63,221 bases of DNA, filler included, from Sphacelaria rigidula (GCA_964200075.2; 9 parts of 9 records of this genome joined end to end with filler, not necessarily neighbours in it); one strand, 5' to 3'; shown: positions 1 through 12,397, numbered from the whole stretch's first letter. Made by a program: numbers and translations. Notes: generated by a model not told the origin, from the sequence alone.

Positions 1-37
<37 letters not shown>

Positions 38-72
38 TAGTAATAATAGTAATAATAATAATAGTAATAATA
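1..72. repeat. (AAT)n microsatellite at scaffold start
   Basis: Direct: ataataataat... with a few AGT/GAT interruptions. Confidence 0.95.
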
Positions 73-102
73 ATGTACTGTTTCAATGTGAAACGATAGA
101 TG

Positions 103-204
103 TTGATTGATGTATTGATTATTGCACTTGAACTGACCCCCCAGGTGTCCAGCCGTGGTCTCATGATAGACGTACGTACCCAAGAAAAACGAAAATGAAA
201 CACG
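103..204 (-). mobile_element. Short retroposon 3' end with (AATC)n tail (SINE/LINE-tail family); other copies at 3920-4240, 5925-6042, 14648-14750 (-), 45955-46058 and a degenerate copy at 32608-32710 (-)
   Basis: Shared core gtacgtctatcat..gaccacggctgga....ggggggtcagttaaagtgcgac followed by aatcaatcaatc in four to five different scaffolds. Confidence 0.75.
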
Positions 205-355
205 ATCTGAGAAAAAAAGAAGGAATAGAAGAAAAAAAAAGAGGGATGTACAACTCGACATTATTGGTTTCACTTGAAAAAAAAAGTAAAGTTCGATGTA
301 AAACGAAACATGTGCACGATACGACATTCGTTCCATTTTGAAGAAGAAATCACAC

Positions 356-3300
356 CTTAGACGACATATGGTCAACACTTGCAACGGGCCTATACTTTAT
401 GCGGTACATTTGTGGTATACTGCAACTATTGACGATATACCATCCAAGGCGTGAAAGAAATAGAGAAACGCCGGAACTTGCGACGGCACGACCGGAAGAC
501 GGAACGGGACGCCAACCTCTCACGAACACGACGGACGCCACGGACGGGATATCCAGTCGTCTCCACGATGGACGGGCGCTTTGGGCGGCACGGATCGGGT
601 CGGGGACGGCCACTTGCAGAAACGAGGGACGGGACGGAATATCTCGTCCCGTCTCGTCTGTCATCCCGCGAGATTCCGTCCCGCGGCAAGCCCTGCAAGG
701 AGCAGTGTGGCACACCCCCTTAACCAAAACGCGCCACGCTTGCTTGCATGCAGTCTCGTCCTATCCCGTCCCATCCCGTCCCGTCTGTCATCCCGTGAGC
801 TTTTTGTCCCGTGACAAGCTCTGACCTTCGAAAATCAGGTGCCAAACACCACCGGCCAAAGAACGCGCACCGCCCACTTACCAAAGCCCCCCCGCCACCC
901 GGCCTCCTCCGCTTGCTTTGCCTCCCTCTATCCTCCCCCTGTCCGCCCTCTACCGCCCCACTGCTATCACCGAAGTCACGCTTGGCCTGGACGCCTCTGC
1001 CTCCTTCTCTCTCCTGCTTCGTTACCCCCCGTGTTGTGGTGCGCTGTAGATTCTCCTTGTTGTCGCACGAGGTTTGTTGGCGTTGGCGTTGATGTTGGAG
1101 ATGGTGAGCATGGTCTGCCTCTCCGTCGCCATCGACCACCCCGCCGACCCCAGCACCACCATCTGTATGCCCGCAAGCAGGATCACCAACAACAAGCGTG
1201 ATATCGCGGTGCGATGACTGCTGCGCCGCTTGTGGCGGTGCGGCACCAGTGCTGTCGTTGCTACCGCCGCCGCTGCTGCCGCTACTGTAATTTACAGACG
1301 TCAAATGACTGGCCGAGGGTGTTTGGAACCACAACGCTTCGGCCGCCAGCGTCTCCTCTGAAGGCGGTACTTGCTCAACATATCTGTCCAGATCTCCGAT
1401 CGTCTGTCGATTTGGCATGGAGGGGGGGGGGGGAGAGGGGGGATGTCGGAAGTGGTTCGCAGGAGCCGAGCTGAAAATTATCCACACCCTGGAGATATTA
1501 TATGGTCAAAAGATGCAATAGATTCGTCGCTGTACTTGAATGCTTTTTGGATGAACAGTTGCGGAGGGTTCCTGCTCCGCCTCCCGCTTGTCATCCCAGA
1601 GATTGAAACAAGCTTCCCGGCAATAGAGAATTTCGGAAAACTTTTTTTTTGTCATTTCAGATTGCAAATATCTCAGCATCAAGGGTAACGAAAAATTATT
1701 TCCCGCTTCGTCAAATGTGGTATCCCCTTCACTTCCTTTCGATGAGTTTTTTTTACTCTTCACTCTGAAATGACAAAAATGCGTTTTCCGAAACTCTCTA
1801 TTGGCCCCCTGTTCTCTGTTCTCAGCAGCCGCGCATATCTCAGCTTTTCGCTTCTTCGTAATCCCACAATTTCAGGAGACGATAATTCGAAGGGTGTGTT
1901 CAGCAGGGTATCCCATCATATTCCGCTGTTGTGAAAAATCGTTCCGTCGGAAGAGAAGGTACGAAGGGCGGTTATACACCCTGCTTCATTTTACCCCTTT
2001 AATACTATACCCACTCGTTTATCCTCCGAATGGAAGACAGGAGGAAAGGGGGGGAATGTGCGGAGTTATACGGGCATAAATATATACATACATCGACAAA
2101 CGTGCACACACACTTCGTGTGCCTGCTTCCGTATCCTGTACATGAAAGGAAAAGACAAAAAAAAAAAAGTGCTCATCTATACGGGAAGAGCAAAAAAAAA
2201 CATGAAACGTATTGAAGCTACTTATTTATCCTGTACGTGGAAGATAAAACTAGAAAAGCATGAACTACAATAAAAAAAAGTGGCTACCTTTATGGGTAAA
2301 GAAGGAAAACACGTATACCTACTGTTGTTGTAAGAGATTGTCTTCGAAAACGAGGTTGGACATTCAGAGGAGGTTCAACTCCATAAAGTGTTTTCCCTGA
2401 CCTGAAAGCCATCACAAATGACTTTCATATAGACGACCTCATGCCCCCAAACCTCCCTGAAACTATTTGAGGGTGTTGTGTCTCCCGCTCCCCGAAGTGT
2501 ATTTGCGAAGGCACCTTTTTGTCTAGATATCGGGGTGATACAAGGGACGGTTTTAGCCCGAAAATGTTTTTGAAGACAGCGTACGAATATGCGACTTGTT
2601 TTCATGTGGTTCCCAGACATGAGACTGCTTGATTGGCGGGTTGATTTTCAGGGCTATACACGTGACACGTTTACGTTACCTTACGTTCATCACGTGAAAA
2701 AAAAAAAAAAAAACGTTAACGTTACATTTGAAAATTTGGCGTTACGTTCATCACGTAAAAAAATGAATGTTCACGTTACGTGACGTGTGTCACGTAAAAA
2801 AAATAAAAGTTACGTTAACGTTACATTTAAAAAGTGAACGTTACGTTTTCGTTACGTTCATCACGTGAAAAAAAATTAACGTGAACGTAACGTGAACGTA
2901 ACGTGAACGTAACGTGTAACGCTATGGCACGTGTAACGTGAATAGCCCTGTTGAGTTTCGCCCGTCAACACCAACAGATCCCGTACGGATTTCCCCGCAG
3001 CCACAACATACCCATATATACCCAGGGTACAATACACGACGACTTCCCAATACAAAAAAGTAGAACAAAAAGGCAGCAGTGAAGAGCGACTTCGTCGTGG
3101 GTAGAGAGAATCTACGGTAGGGATGCACTTGTCAGTCCAAAATTTGTCTGAGGCTGAACGCTATGGCCCAGAAGTCAATCGCCGAGAGGCTCTTAAAATG
3201 CAGAGCCCCAGGAACAAATTGTGCATCTCTATCGTGAAACAACTCGGGACACGAATTCGATTTCACTATCGGCGAGGGAAAGGGACCGCGGAACCCCTGT

Positions 3301-4381
3301 CGCGATAACAACTAAGGCAAGCACCGTAGAAGGAAGGTAGAAGTAGTAAAAACAGGCGTGACATCCGGGCGGGAATTTAGCCCGGTAGCCGCCGAAGAAA
3401 AAAACATAAAATAAAAACTGCTGTGTTTGGCCTCCCTCCTGTGTGACCCCGGTTGATACACCCACATATACCGAGAGGTGTAGACTGGCGCCCGGAATAG
3501 ATGGGATGACAGTGCAAGAACAAAGTAGGGAAGCAAACAAAGCAACCAGAGATAGCTGTTCATTGTGTTCGAACAGGCAGGCGTTCATGCTTGGAAGGTC
3601 CCCGTCAGAGACAGGCTACCGCTCAAGACGACACATTTCACGATGCAAAGCATGTCCCGAGCCTTAACCGGATTATTTTCGACAGCAAATGCTATCAATA
3701 TCCATTTCAAGATGCAAAGCACGTCCCGAGTCTCAACCGAACTCTTTAATACAGCAAATGCGATCAATTTTGCACACGGCTTTGCCACGGAAGTTGCAGG
3801 CGCTTGTTGAGTGACGCTCGCTGTGCTTTGCTTTTGTTGACATTTTTATTTCTGATGTTTTCACGTCTTATTAGTCTACAATGTCGTTCTGTTCGACTTG
3901 TTTTCTGTTACTCCTTTTTCAGTCTTGTTTTGTCTTGGGTACGTCTATCATACGACCACGACTGGACCCCTGGGGGGGTCAGTTAACCTTTTTGGAACCC
4001 CTTGACGATTTTTGTTTTTGGGAATCGGTATCGTTTTCATTCATTTTTCAAGTTAAAATGATGCCGATTCACGACAACAAGAATCGTCAAGGGGTTCCAA
4101 AAGGGTTAACCCTTATAAGCCCGCGGACGTAGTCGATCTGGACCATGCATACTTTTATCAAGTGAAATGATTGCCGATTCAGCACATGACCTACTGTCGC
4201 TGTCCAAGGGTTAAAGTGCGACAATCAATCAGTCAATCAACTCGCTCACGTTCGGAGCGTCGAACTCCCAGTCTATCTCCTCAAAAGCCGATACTCCGTC
4301 ATGCTCCAATGCTTTTCCCGGCGCGTTAATGCTGCCCCGTGCTCCTCTCGCGCTTGGCCGCCTTCCGCCGCGCTTCATCAT
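356..4381 (-). CDS. Partial spliced gene, protein with TPX2-like Aurora-kinase-binding N-terminal motif and KEN box (3' end beyond scaffold)
   Basis: Three phase-compatible GT-AG exons: 4381-4250 (MMKRGG...EEIDWEFDAPN|gtgagc), 1403-826 (cag|TIGDLDRYVEQVPPSEETLAAEALWFQTPS...DNKENL...KRRR...APDFR|gtcag) and 419-356 (cag|SIPQMYRIKYRPVASVDHMSSK|gtgtg). The spliced N-terminus resembles the plant TPX2/TPXL motif (YEFxAP...AELWF) as recalled from memory; no search was run. Confidence 0.65.
2649..2950. mobile_element. hAT-like MITE with ACGTT/AACGT subterminal repeats
   Basis: TIR CAGGGCTATACACGTGACACGT ... ACGTGTAACGTGAATAGCCCTG; 8-bp TSD ttgatttt/ttgagttt (7/8 match). Confidence 0.85.
3240..3530 (+). 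mobile_element. Diverged body of the tRNA-derived SINE family (tRNA head not recognisable)
   Basis: Aligns by eye to the reverse complement of 4500-4720 (gcaagcacc..agaagg, cccacatat.ccga.aggtgtagac). Confidence 0.6.
3987..4105. mobile_element. piggyBac-like MITE A (TTAA target site)
   Basis: TTAA at 3983-3986 and 4106-4109; ~24-bp TIR cctttttggaaccccttgacgatt / aatcgtcaaggggttccaaaaggg. Confidence 0.85.
4110..4210 (+). mobile_element. piggyBac-like MITE B (~100 bp); other copies at 11819-11918, 24489-24590 (-) and 41450-41547
   Basis: CCC...GGG termini flanked by TTAA on both sides (TTAA/TTGA at 11819); conserved interior gtagtc.atct.ga.ca...tgccgattca.ca..tgacctact. Confidence 0.85.
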
Positions 4382-4479
4382 GACTATACTAGTGTACGCA
4401 TACATCGAAGTAGGGAGGGGAACAGCACGGCAGTAGACAATTTTTCGTGAAATTGAGAGTCTGCTTTATAGCGTGGATT

Positions 4480-4846
4480 GAGTGTGCGTGTGCGTGTGTT
4501 GTCGCCCCATCTTTTCTGGAAGCTGGTCTACACCTTTCGGAATATGTGGGCGCACCAGCCGGGGCCAAACAGGGGAAAAGCAACACAGGAGTTTTATATA
4601 TCTTGTTGGTTTTAGTACTCCAGCTTCCTTCTGTGGTGCTTGCTTTTCATATTTTTTATCGCGAGGAGTTCAGTAGTACATTTCCCTCGTCGACCGCAAA
4701 GTCGAATTTTGTGTACCCACGACACAGTCACTCTCCACTGCTGGGCATACTGTGAAAAAAAATCCCAGATCTCTCCAAGATTCGAACCCACAACCCAACT
4801 GTCAGGAGGTTTTACGGTAACCAACTGAGCTGTCGGAGCGACCGGC
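4480..4846 (-). mobile_element. tRNA-derived SINE with CA-rich tail
   Basis: Minus-strand head GCCGGTCGCTCCGACAGCTCAGTTGG (A box) ... GGTTCGAATC (B box), followed by a ~270-bp body and a (CA/CG)n tail. A homologous copy lies at 33068-33586. Confidence 0.8.
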
Positions 4847-5191
4847 GTAGAGTGAGATTTATCATTAACTCTAACTTGTCCAATTTTTCTTTTCGTACGT
4901 GCTTTTCTTTGACTGTAACACTGACTGTCGTCTGCTTCCAGCTGCACGTCGATATCCTATTCAATTTTATCAGAGGCTTTGGTCGCAAGCTACTGAAGAA
5001 AGGGCATCGAGCCTCGTACAAGACCCAGGGGGGCATTTCGGAACTGAAACTATTTTATTCATGAATTGACCGTTTCTGACTCTCAATCGTATCCTAGACT
5101 CTCAATCTCACCAAGACGTTGTTACTTGTTGTGCAATTATTTGATTTATGGATTGCCGCAGTTGCAGGGGTGTTGAAATAACCAATTCGTT

Positions 5192-5661
5192 CAAGGTTGT
5201 GTTTTGTAGGGTACGGGCATGTTTTGTAGGGTATGGGGTTCCTCACAGAACTTACAGAAATATCGGGTAAAGGTATGAAAGTCTTACAGAACTTACAGAA
5301 CTTGTCGGGTACGGTACGGCAGGCTACCGGCAATCGGGTATTCCTTTAAGGGAATGCGCGAGCTCCGGGTACGAGCATACATCACGTACAGAACTCACAG
5401 AACTGTCGGGCAGGGTATGGAGGCTGTACAGAAAACCGTACCCGCAACCGGGTATCTTATCAAGAGCATACCCGTGCCCCCGGTAAAGGTACGGGAGGCT
5501 TACAGAAGGCTTACAGAACTCACAGAACTATCGGGTAAGGATATGAAAGTTTTACAGGCTCTACAGAACTGTCGGGTACCGGTATGAAAAATTCGGGTAC
5601 GGTAAATACCCGGGAAAATACCCCGGGTATACAAAAACGTACCCTACAGAACACAACCTGG
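5192..5661. mobile_element. hAT-like MITE with ACAGAACT/CGGGTA internal repeats
   Basis: 24-bp TIR caaggttgtgttttgtagggtacg / cgtaccctacagaacacaacctgg; 8-bp TSD aattcgtt/aattcatt. Confidence 0.85.
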
Positions 5662-6936
5662 AATTCATTATTGTCCGTCGTTGAATGGCCTATTTCATGG
5701 ATCCAATCAGCACTACTGGAGAACAGCTGCAGCAGCGTGCTGGATGTTCTTGGACCACCCAAAATCACATACGTACGTGAAGATATATTAGACCGCTGCT
5801 AAGGAGATATTTTGTAAGACAATCTTCACTCTTCGCTACTTGACGTTTTGAGCGACAAAAAAACGATGTGTCTGGAAACACAAAACGCGTAGAATTTTGT
5901 AATCTGCTGGGAATATTCTTCAGCGCGTGTTTCAGTTTTGTTTTGTCTTGGGTACGTCTATCATGTGACCACGGCTGGATCATGACTCCTGGGGGGTGAG
6001 CTAAAGTGCGACAATCGATCAAAAATCCAATCAATCAATCAAATGGGAATCTAGTCTTCTGCTCTTCCCCGAGCTAGATTCAACATCTACAACTCGGATG
6101 ACCGAGGCCCGGCGATGACTTATAGCGTAGAGCCGGCCGATTGCAACGGGAACGCATCTACGTGCACCCGAATGTGAAGCGTTGAAGCCACACATGACAT
6201 CTTCTCAGATGAAGAATGAGATAAAGATGAAGATGATTTTTACCTAGTTAGGATTAATGTGCGGAAATAAAAACAATAAAAATAAATAAAAGTGCGGGGT
6301 GTCTGCTGGATATATAGTCTTTTCCCAGCGGCCCTGTGGGCACCGCTGGAGTTCGGTGTTAGTCGGGTGTGCATGCGAAGTTTTTGTGTAGACTTGATCG
6401 GTTTCCGAGAAAAAAAGAACGGTCTTGGAGAAATTTGCAAGTTTGACCGAGAGAAAACTGCGGCCACCGGAAAAATGCGCAGATGTGCTGGAACCGTCTC
6501 AACGGGTACAGCAAGGCACTCCCAGGGGTCAAAATCCGGCTGGCTCTCGTGTAGGGCGTAACACGACGTAGGAGGTCTAAAAAGGCAGTTTCCCAGATTA
6601 TTACAAAAAAATGTTTGCCATAAGAAACGGTCTTCGTGGTGTCCGAAATGAAAATTATTCAAGAAAGTAAAAGCATGTCCTTCATGCCAATCCTCACGAC
6701 GGTTTGTCATCACTCTCTTGTACGTGGACCTGCGGTGAGCAGCACAACAAGTACAGCCGGTTTCAACGCCTTCCCTGTGCGATGGACGGTGAGACCGACG
6801 AACCCAGCCAAGCTGGGATATTGCCTGGCTTTTCTATTTTTCTGGGCGGGGGGGGGGGGGGGGGGGCCCTCGTTCGCTGCTTTCCTGGGGGTTTTGGCCC
6901 TTGTTCACCCACCCCGTTCGGGGCGGGGCATCGTTC

Positions 6937-7036
6937 NNNNNNNNNNNNNNNNNNNNNNNNNNNNNNNNNNNNNNNNNNNNTTAATTAATTAANNNNNNNN
7001 NNNNNNNNNNNNNNNNNNNNNNNNNNNNNNNNNNNN
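6937..7036. other. Artificial scaffold linker N44-TTAATTAATTAA-N44
   Basis: 100-bp linker with stop codons in all six frames. Confidence 0.99.
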
Positions 7037-7378
7037 CCCCCGTACGTGCTCTTCCAGACAAAAGTTTACTTCTTTCTTTTTCGAAGAGCAGCTTGAAATT
7101 ACTCTCGAGGCAGCGGCAGCAGCCGCATCGATGACATGACCTGACTTGATGCACATGAGCACTGGCAAGCCGACCTGATATTTCCAATCTCTTCCTTCTA
7201 CGGATGCGTGGCCGTCTCGAGCAACTTGGGAAATCCGTCTGATTGGTGCCTTTTCCTCCGCCCACCACACGAAGATTTTTACTTCGTTGACCGGTGGACA
7301 ACCCTCGGCGATCTCTCAGACAGCATCCACCCCTCACTACAAAATAGCAACAGCCAACGCAATCAATCCCTCCAATAC

Positions 7379-8737
7379 CTGCTGCCCGTCCTTGCCGTAA
7401 CCCATGATCTCCATGGTAACCGCAGACGTTCGTCCGTTCTCCTGCTCGTGGCGGTGGCGGAGAACCAAGCTGCGTGCCGCACCACGGCCGTCGTCGAGGC
7501 CGGAGCTAGACAGCACCCCGATGAGCGTCGACTTGCCGCTGTTACCGGGTACACGGTTGGTGATTACGGTCGGCGGTTAAGTTTGGTGGGTGCCGGTAGT
7601 TTCGGATAGTGCTGGCGGTTGGCGGCTAGCGTTGGCCGTTACATTTGACATAAATGACGCAGGTCCAAACAAACAACGCTGGGTGAGTGCTTATCATGCT
7701 GCGCACGTTCATGTTCCGTGTTCGTGTCGGGGCAGTCAACGTTAACGGGTGCCGCTGAAGAAATGGGGTCAACCTGCAATCGCCTGTGACGAGTTTATTG
7801 CGTAGTGTAAACGTCAAACGTTCCCGTGAGGGGGTGCAAATGGGCAGAGATAAGGGTAGGTGGGTAGGTAGTGGCTGTTGCGTCCACGGGTCGTTAACCT
7901 TGAGGCCGTTATTCGGCGTTTCATTGTTGGCGAGTAGTACATTGCGTTCTCGCCAGAAAATCAACCACGGTATCGAGCGTGTTGAAGTGAGTACTGTATG
8001 TGTTCCGTGTCGGGAACACTTTGTCAGTGTGTCAGTGAAAGTGAACGAGCGTAGGGTGTGGTAGTGCGCCATTCATTCATGACAACAACAACAACCAACA
8101 ACAGCCGGGACAAAACAAGAAAGTGGGATGAGATCGAGTGAACGTCATGAAGACCTGGGCCAGAAACGGTGCCACACCACCCCGGGTAGACGCATGAGAA
8201 CCGGTTCCCCCAAGCAGATAAACCAGAGGCGGATTTCGCACTCAATGCCCGAAATCATGTTTGCCCTACACCGAAACCACATAACGCATACACACAGACC
8301 CAAGAGTGAAACACATGTCAACACCCTTCATTGTGCTCGCTGGAAAACAGTCCTTCGACATCATGTAGGATCCCTCACCTGTCAACGTTCCCGATCATGG
8401 CGATACGGATGTCCACGGTGCTAACCTCTGGTGCCTTCATCACGTCAACCTCTCCCCCCTCAGCCTCCGCCGCCTTCCGCGCCTCTAACAAAGCCGTCTT
8501 GTCCTTTCCTCCAGCTGCTACCCCCCCGACCTGCCCATCAGACGCTGGTGTGGCCTTTGCTCTCTCTGTCCCTCGTAATCGTCCGTGACTAGAGGCAGAT
8601 GATTGTCCGCCACGTGAGGCAATCTGCCGCGGGGACCACGAAGGGGAAAAGGGCAGGGGGTAGGTGCGATTGGTTGGCACAGAGGAACGTGGGAAAATGG
8701 TTGGTGCCAGGCAGTACCGGTAACAGACCTCGGTCAT
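7379..8737 (-). CDS. GTPBP1/2: GTP-binding protein GTPBP1/GTPBP2 family (translational GTPase), 5' exons only
   Basis: Exons 8737-8729 (MTE, tentative), 8623-8379 (...VDIRIAMIGNVD) and 7538-7379 (SGKSTLIGVLSSSGLDDGRGAARSLVLRHRHEQENGRTSAVTMEIMGY). The P-loop GNVDSGKST is split by a phase-2 GT-AG intron. LDDGRG and RHxHExExGRTS are family signatures. Confidence 0.92.
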
Positions 8738-11700
8738 TTTGTTTCCGGTTTTATTGTGGCGGTGACTGTTGTAATAACGGTGGCGCTGGTGTTGTCTCAT
8801 GAGACATCAACCCAGAGGGTGCCATAATACAAATGAACGAGTAAGATGAGTGAGAGCCTGCTTCACAGACTACTCCTTCCGCTCAGCTCCCTCGCTATGT
8901 GCAGCAGTGTTACATACAATCAAACTGTCCATGCCGAGACCGAAATGGTGGGGCGGGGGGTCTTCTCAGGTAGAACGTGCGGGTTGTTTATCCCCCCTTT
9001 CCAGCGCGGCCACGGAGAACGCGACAAGGACGCTGTTGGTGCATTGCAAAGGTTCACGATTCGCGATGTAGGATCACGTTGTCTGCAACTAGACACTGTT
9101 CTTTCTAACGACACTTGACTAGTTTCAGAGAGGGACAATCAATCAATCAATCAAACTCTCAACTCTCGGATGCCGTGAACTGACCGTGGACTTCAGCACG
9201 GCTACGGCAAAGTGTATGTGCACTGCTGGAAGGGTGTTTGGCTGTTTCGTCCCGAGACATCAGGGGAGACAATTTGCAGTGTGGTGCTACGCCCCTAGCA
9301 TGGCACGCACCCTGTTCGAAACAAACAACTAGGGCACAGCTTCCTGAGAATTGGTTGAAAGGGGAGCTTACGTCTCCTCAGCCCTCCACACTCGCGCTTG
9401 TGGATTATTCCGCACGAGTGCGCTGTATTTCATACAAGAGCTCGTGGATGAGTATGAATACCTCGACTACTGTTGCCAGCTGCTGTCATAGAATAAACGG
9501 AAAAGTCTTCCCAGCCGCAGATATGAACGGTTTTTCGAGTTCTCTTGGCGCTCACGGGCACCTATTACACTTTGCGTCATGCCTGTAGAAAGTGTGGAGG
9601 TACGCTATCTACTCTGCTTTCAGAGCATGTATGAACTCTCTGAGGGTCAAACTGGGGCCTCGAATACAGCACGGGCAGCCCGCGACGACAGCAGTTGAAG
9701 TGCAGCACAGTTCGGTTCAACCCTCAGGCGGCGCCACTTCGCGTTGGGCGCAGACATAGTTTTCTACGAGTTGCCTCCAATTTGCCTCCAATCTGTGGTA
9801 GCGCCAACCAACTTGAATCAACACATCCGGGTATCGCAGTACAATACGGTTCAGTGGGGTGCAGCGCAAACAGCTGGCGCTGCCGATCGAACATTGGTAC
9901 ACCTTGCTCTCTGGAACACTGCGTTGAACTCAACATTCCTTGTTCACCAGGCCCGGATCTGAACTGCGCACTGCAGTTAGATGGTGATGTATAAACGAGA
10001 CAATGACATATCAACACAACAGAGAGTAATGATATCACGCTCTCTCATGTGCGCTCTATTGATAAAACAGAGAGTAGAGCACCTCCTTGGTATGGAGCCC
10101 CGCAGAATCCTGTAATCGCCCATTGCCAGCAGGGGTACTGTTGTTATCCTTCTCCACGGAGTCGTGGGCAAAATCTCCTAACGCTGACAGGTTGGAGAAC
10201 GTAGCCATGACGAAGCTCTCCGATGCGCTTCCTTGCGTCTCAGTCTCAGTGTATTGCTACTGTCTACAATTCCGTTTACAGAGTAGAATCACCTCGACCA
10301 ACCACTGCAGGTGTGCTTGTGAGATAACTCCGCAGTCTTGTGTATGTATGCAAGCCACGCTGTTGGTGCTGAAAACAGGAGAGGTAACTTCTACACTTCA
10401 CGGGAAGCGGCTCTTGTGGCAGGTGGTGTTTGCAGTTTGTAACCTTTTTTTTGCATGGTCACAGTTGTATGCGAGGTACAGTAAACGAAAATTTCATTTT
10501 TTTTTGAACGTGGGGATGAATCAATCAATTTCACAGCATTTAGAAACAAGCCGCAGGATGAAGCTGTCATCACGTGAATGAGCAGGGACTTCACAAAAAA
10601 GATGACCATCGGCGCCCATAAAGTGGGATCCGGTTAACAGATAACACGGGTGTGTCTCTGGGTGGGATCCGAAACATGCTCAATAACGCTGTTTACGTAC
10701 GTTCTAATATGGAACGCCTCCATACAAACATCAGATTCGGGACACGGACCGGGGTAGCTTCCGCAGCGACAGGTGTTGCTAGTTGCACAAGGCACCATGA
10801 GAGACCGAGAATATCTTAACAACACTGACGACAAGCGCTAGCTATAGTCAAACCAACAATATGCGGTTATTCTGGCGTGGTCTGTTCCAGGCTGCGGATA
10901 GGCATCGGCCGGAACAGGTGACTGAGTGTGCGATCATGGTTTAGCACGGGACTGGAGGTCCTTTGGAAAAATACTCCCTGACTCTTTGTCGAACGGCCAG
11001 TGCGCGCGATTGTCTGCTTGTGCGGTAAACTTGGAGTAGAACGTCGGTGATACGATCACCGCTGGGAGTATGTCAAACGTATGACCTGGGTTTTTAGCTC
11101 ATTTAATGTGGTTTTGGACGGTGGCTGCTTTTGCAGGTATCCGCTTCGCATGGGGTTGGCGGCTGTCGGTACGACTTTGACGGGTACTGTACCGATTTTA
11201 GAAAATGGTTGCGACCGTTCTATTCGTGAGAAGCTTCAACCTCTTCCGTGCTTCGCCTCTCAGCGAAGCACAAGCGAGAATGGGGCAGCTGACGCGGTCG
11301 TGTTCATGTTGCTTCTTCCCACTCGCACACTTTTCATCCACTGTGCGCCAGAGGCCGTTTCATATCCGCTGTTGCACGAAGTTCGTCTCGTACAGAGAAG
11401 TTGGATTACCCTGCTGTTCTTTCACGTTGACCCCCCCCCTCCCTCCGTCCCGCAGCACCCACTTCCCTGACAAGCTGTGAAGGACTGTTTGAATAGTCGT
11501 GCAGATCCCGCGGAGCGACCCGCAGGATCTTGAAACCGAGGAACCGCCCCTAGACAATACTGATCGTTCATGAGAATAAAAGTCAGTGCAGGCTTGAGAT
11601 ATTATGTTGTAACATCTAAACAGACAGGGTTGACGTTTTTGTCGATGGGGGGCGTGGTTGAGAGTTACCAATAGTTGCATTTGAAAAAAACATGCTGCGA

Positions 11701-12397
11701 AAACGTTCCGAAAAAGACAAGTCGTTGTCATGACAGAGTTGATGTTTTTGTAGAGCTCGGAAATAGTTTGTCTAACCATTCACCAGTTGAATGGTTACAC
11801 GTAGAGCGCAACCATTAACCCTTGCACCGCGAGGAGGGTAGTCCATCTGGATCACGCATACTTTTTCAGGTGGAATTGATGCCGATTCAACAGGTGACCT
11901 ACTCTCTCCGTCTAAGGGTTGACCAGTGAAATGCACATGATAATTTGATCATCGAGCGATGCAGCGCGAGCCAAAAAGCCCCCCCCCCGGCAGAAGGGCC
12001 CCCGCCGGAGGCGTCGTGCCGGAGGCACGTTTTTCAGCGAGTTTGCTTCACGAGAGCCAAAAATACGATAATTTGGGCCAATTTTCAAGAGCTGTACAGG
12101 CTGGGCCGCCTATGAAGCTCACTTTACTCCAGCCCGTTCTAACTGACGATGTATCGCGAGTTGTGCCTTCTATGACACATCGTGGTAATCGGCAAATCAG
12201 CGCGCGTCTTCAAACCCATGTAGCACTGCAATCCGACAAGGTCTCATCAAAAGAAATACCAAACTGTAGTAAAGTGCGAAAGTGTAGGGAGTTGAAGGTA
12301 CTATGTGCGGCGGAATTAGCCAAAAGAAAACGACTGAGATTGGATTTTCGGTTACAATCAGTTTTGTGCCGCGTGGTGCCACACAAGCTGTAGCACA

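Noticed and set aside
4765-4846. Functional tRNA genes here and at 33505-33586
   Set aside because: The acceptor and T stems do not pair properly, and both copies continue into a shared SINE body.
9180-11350. Protein-like fragments in scaffold 2
   Set aside because: Multiple stops in all frames and no identifiable domain or consistent exon chain.
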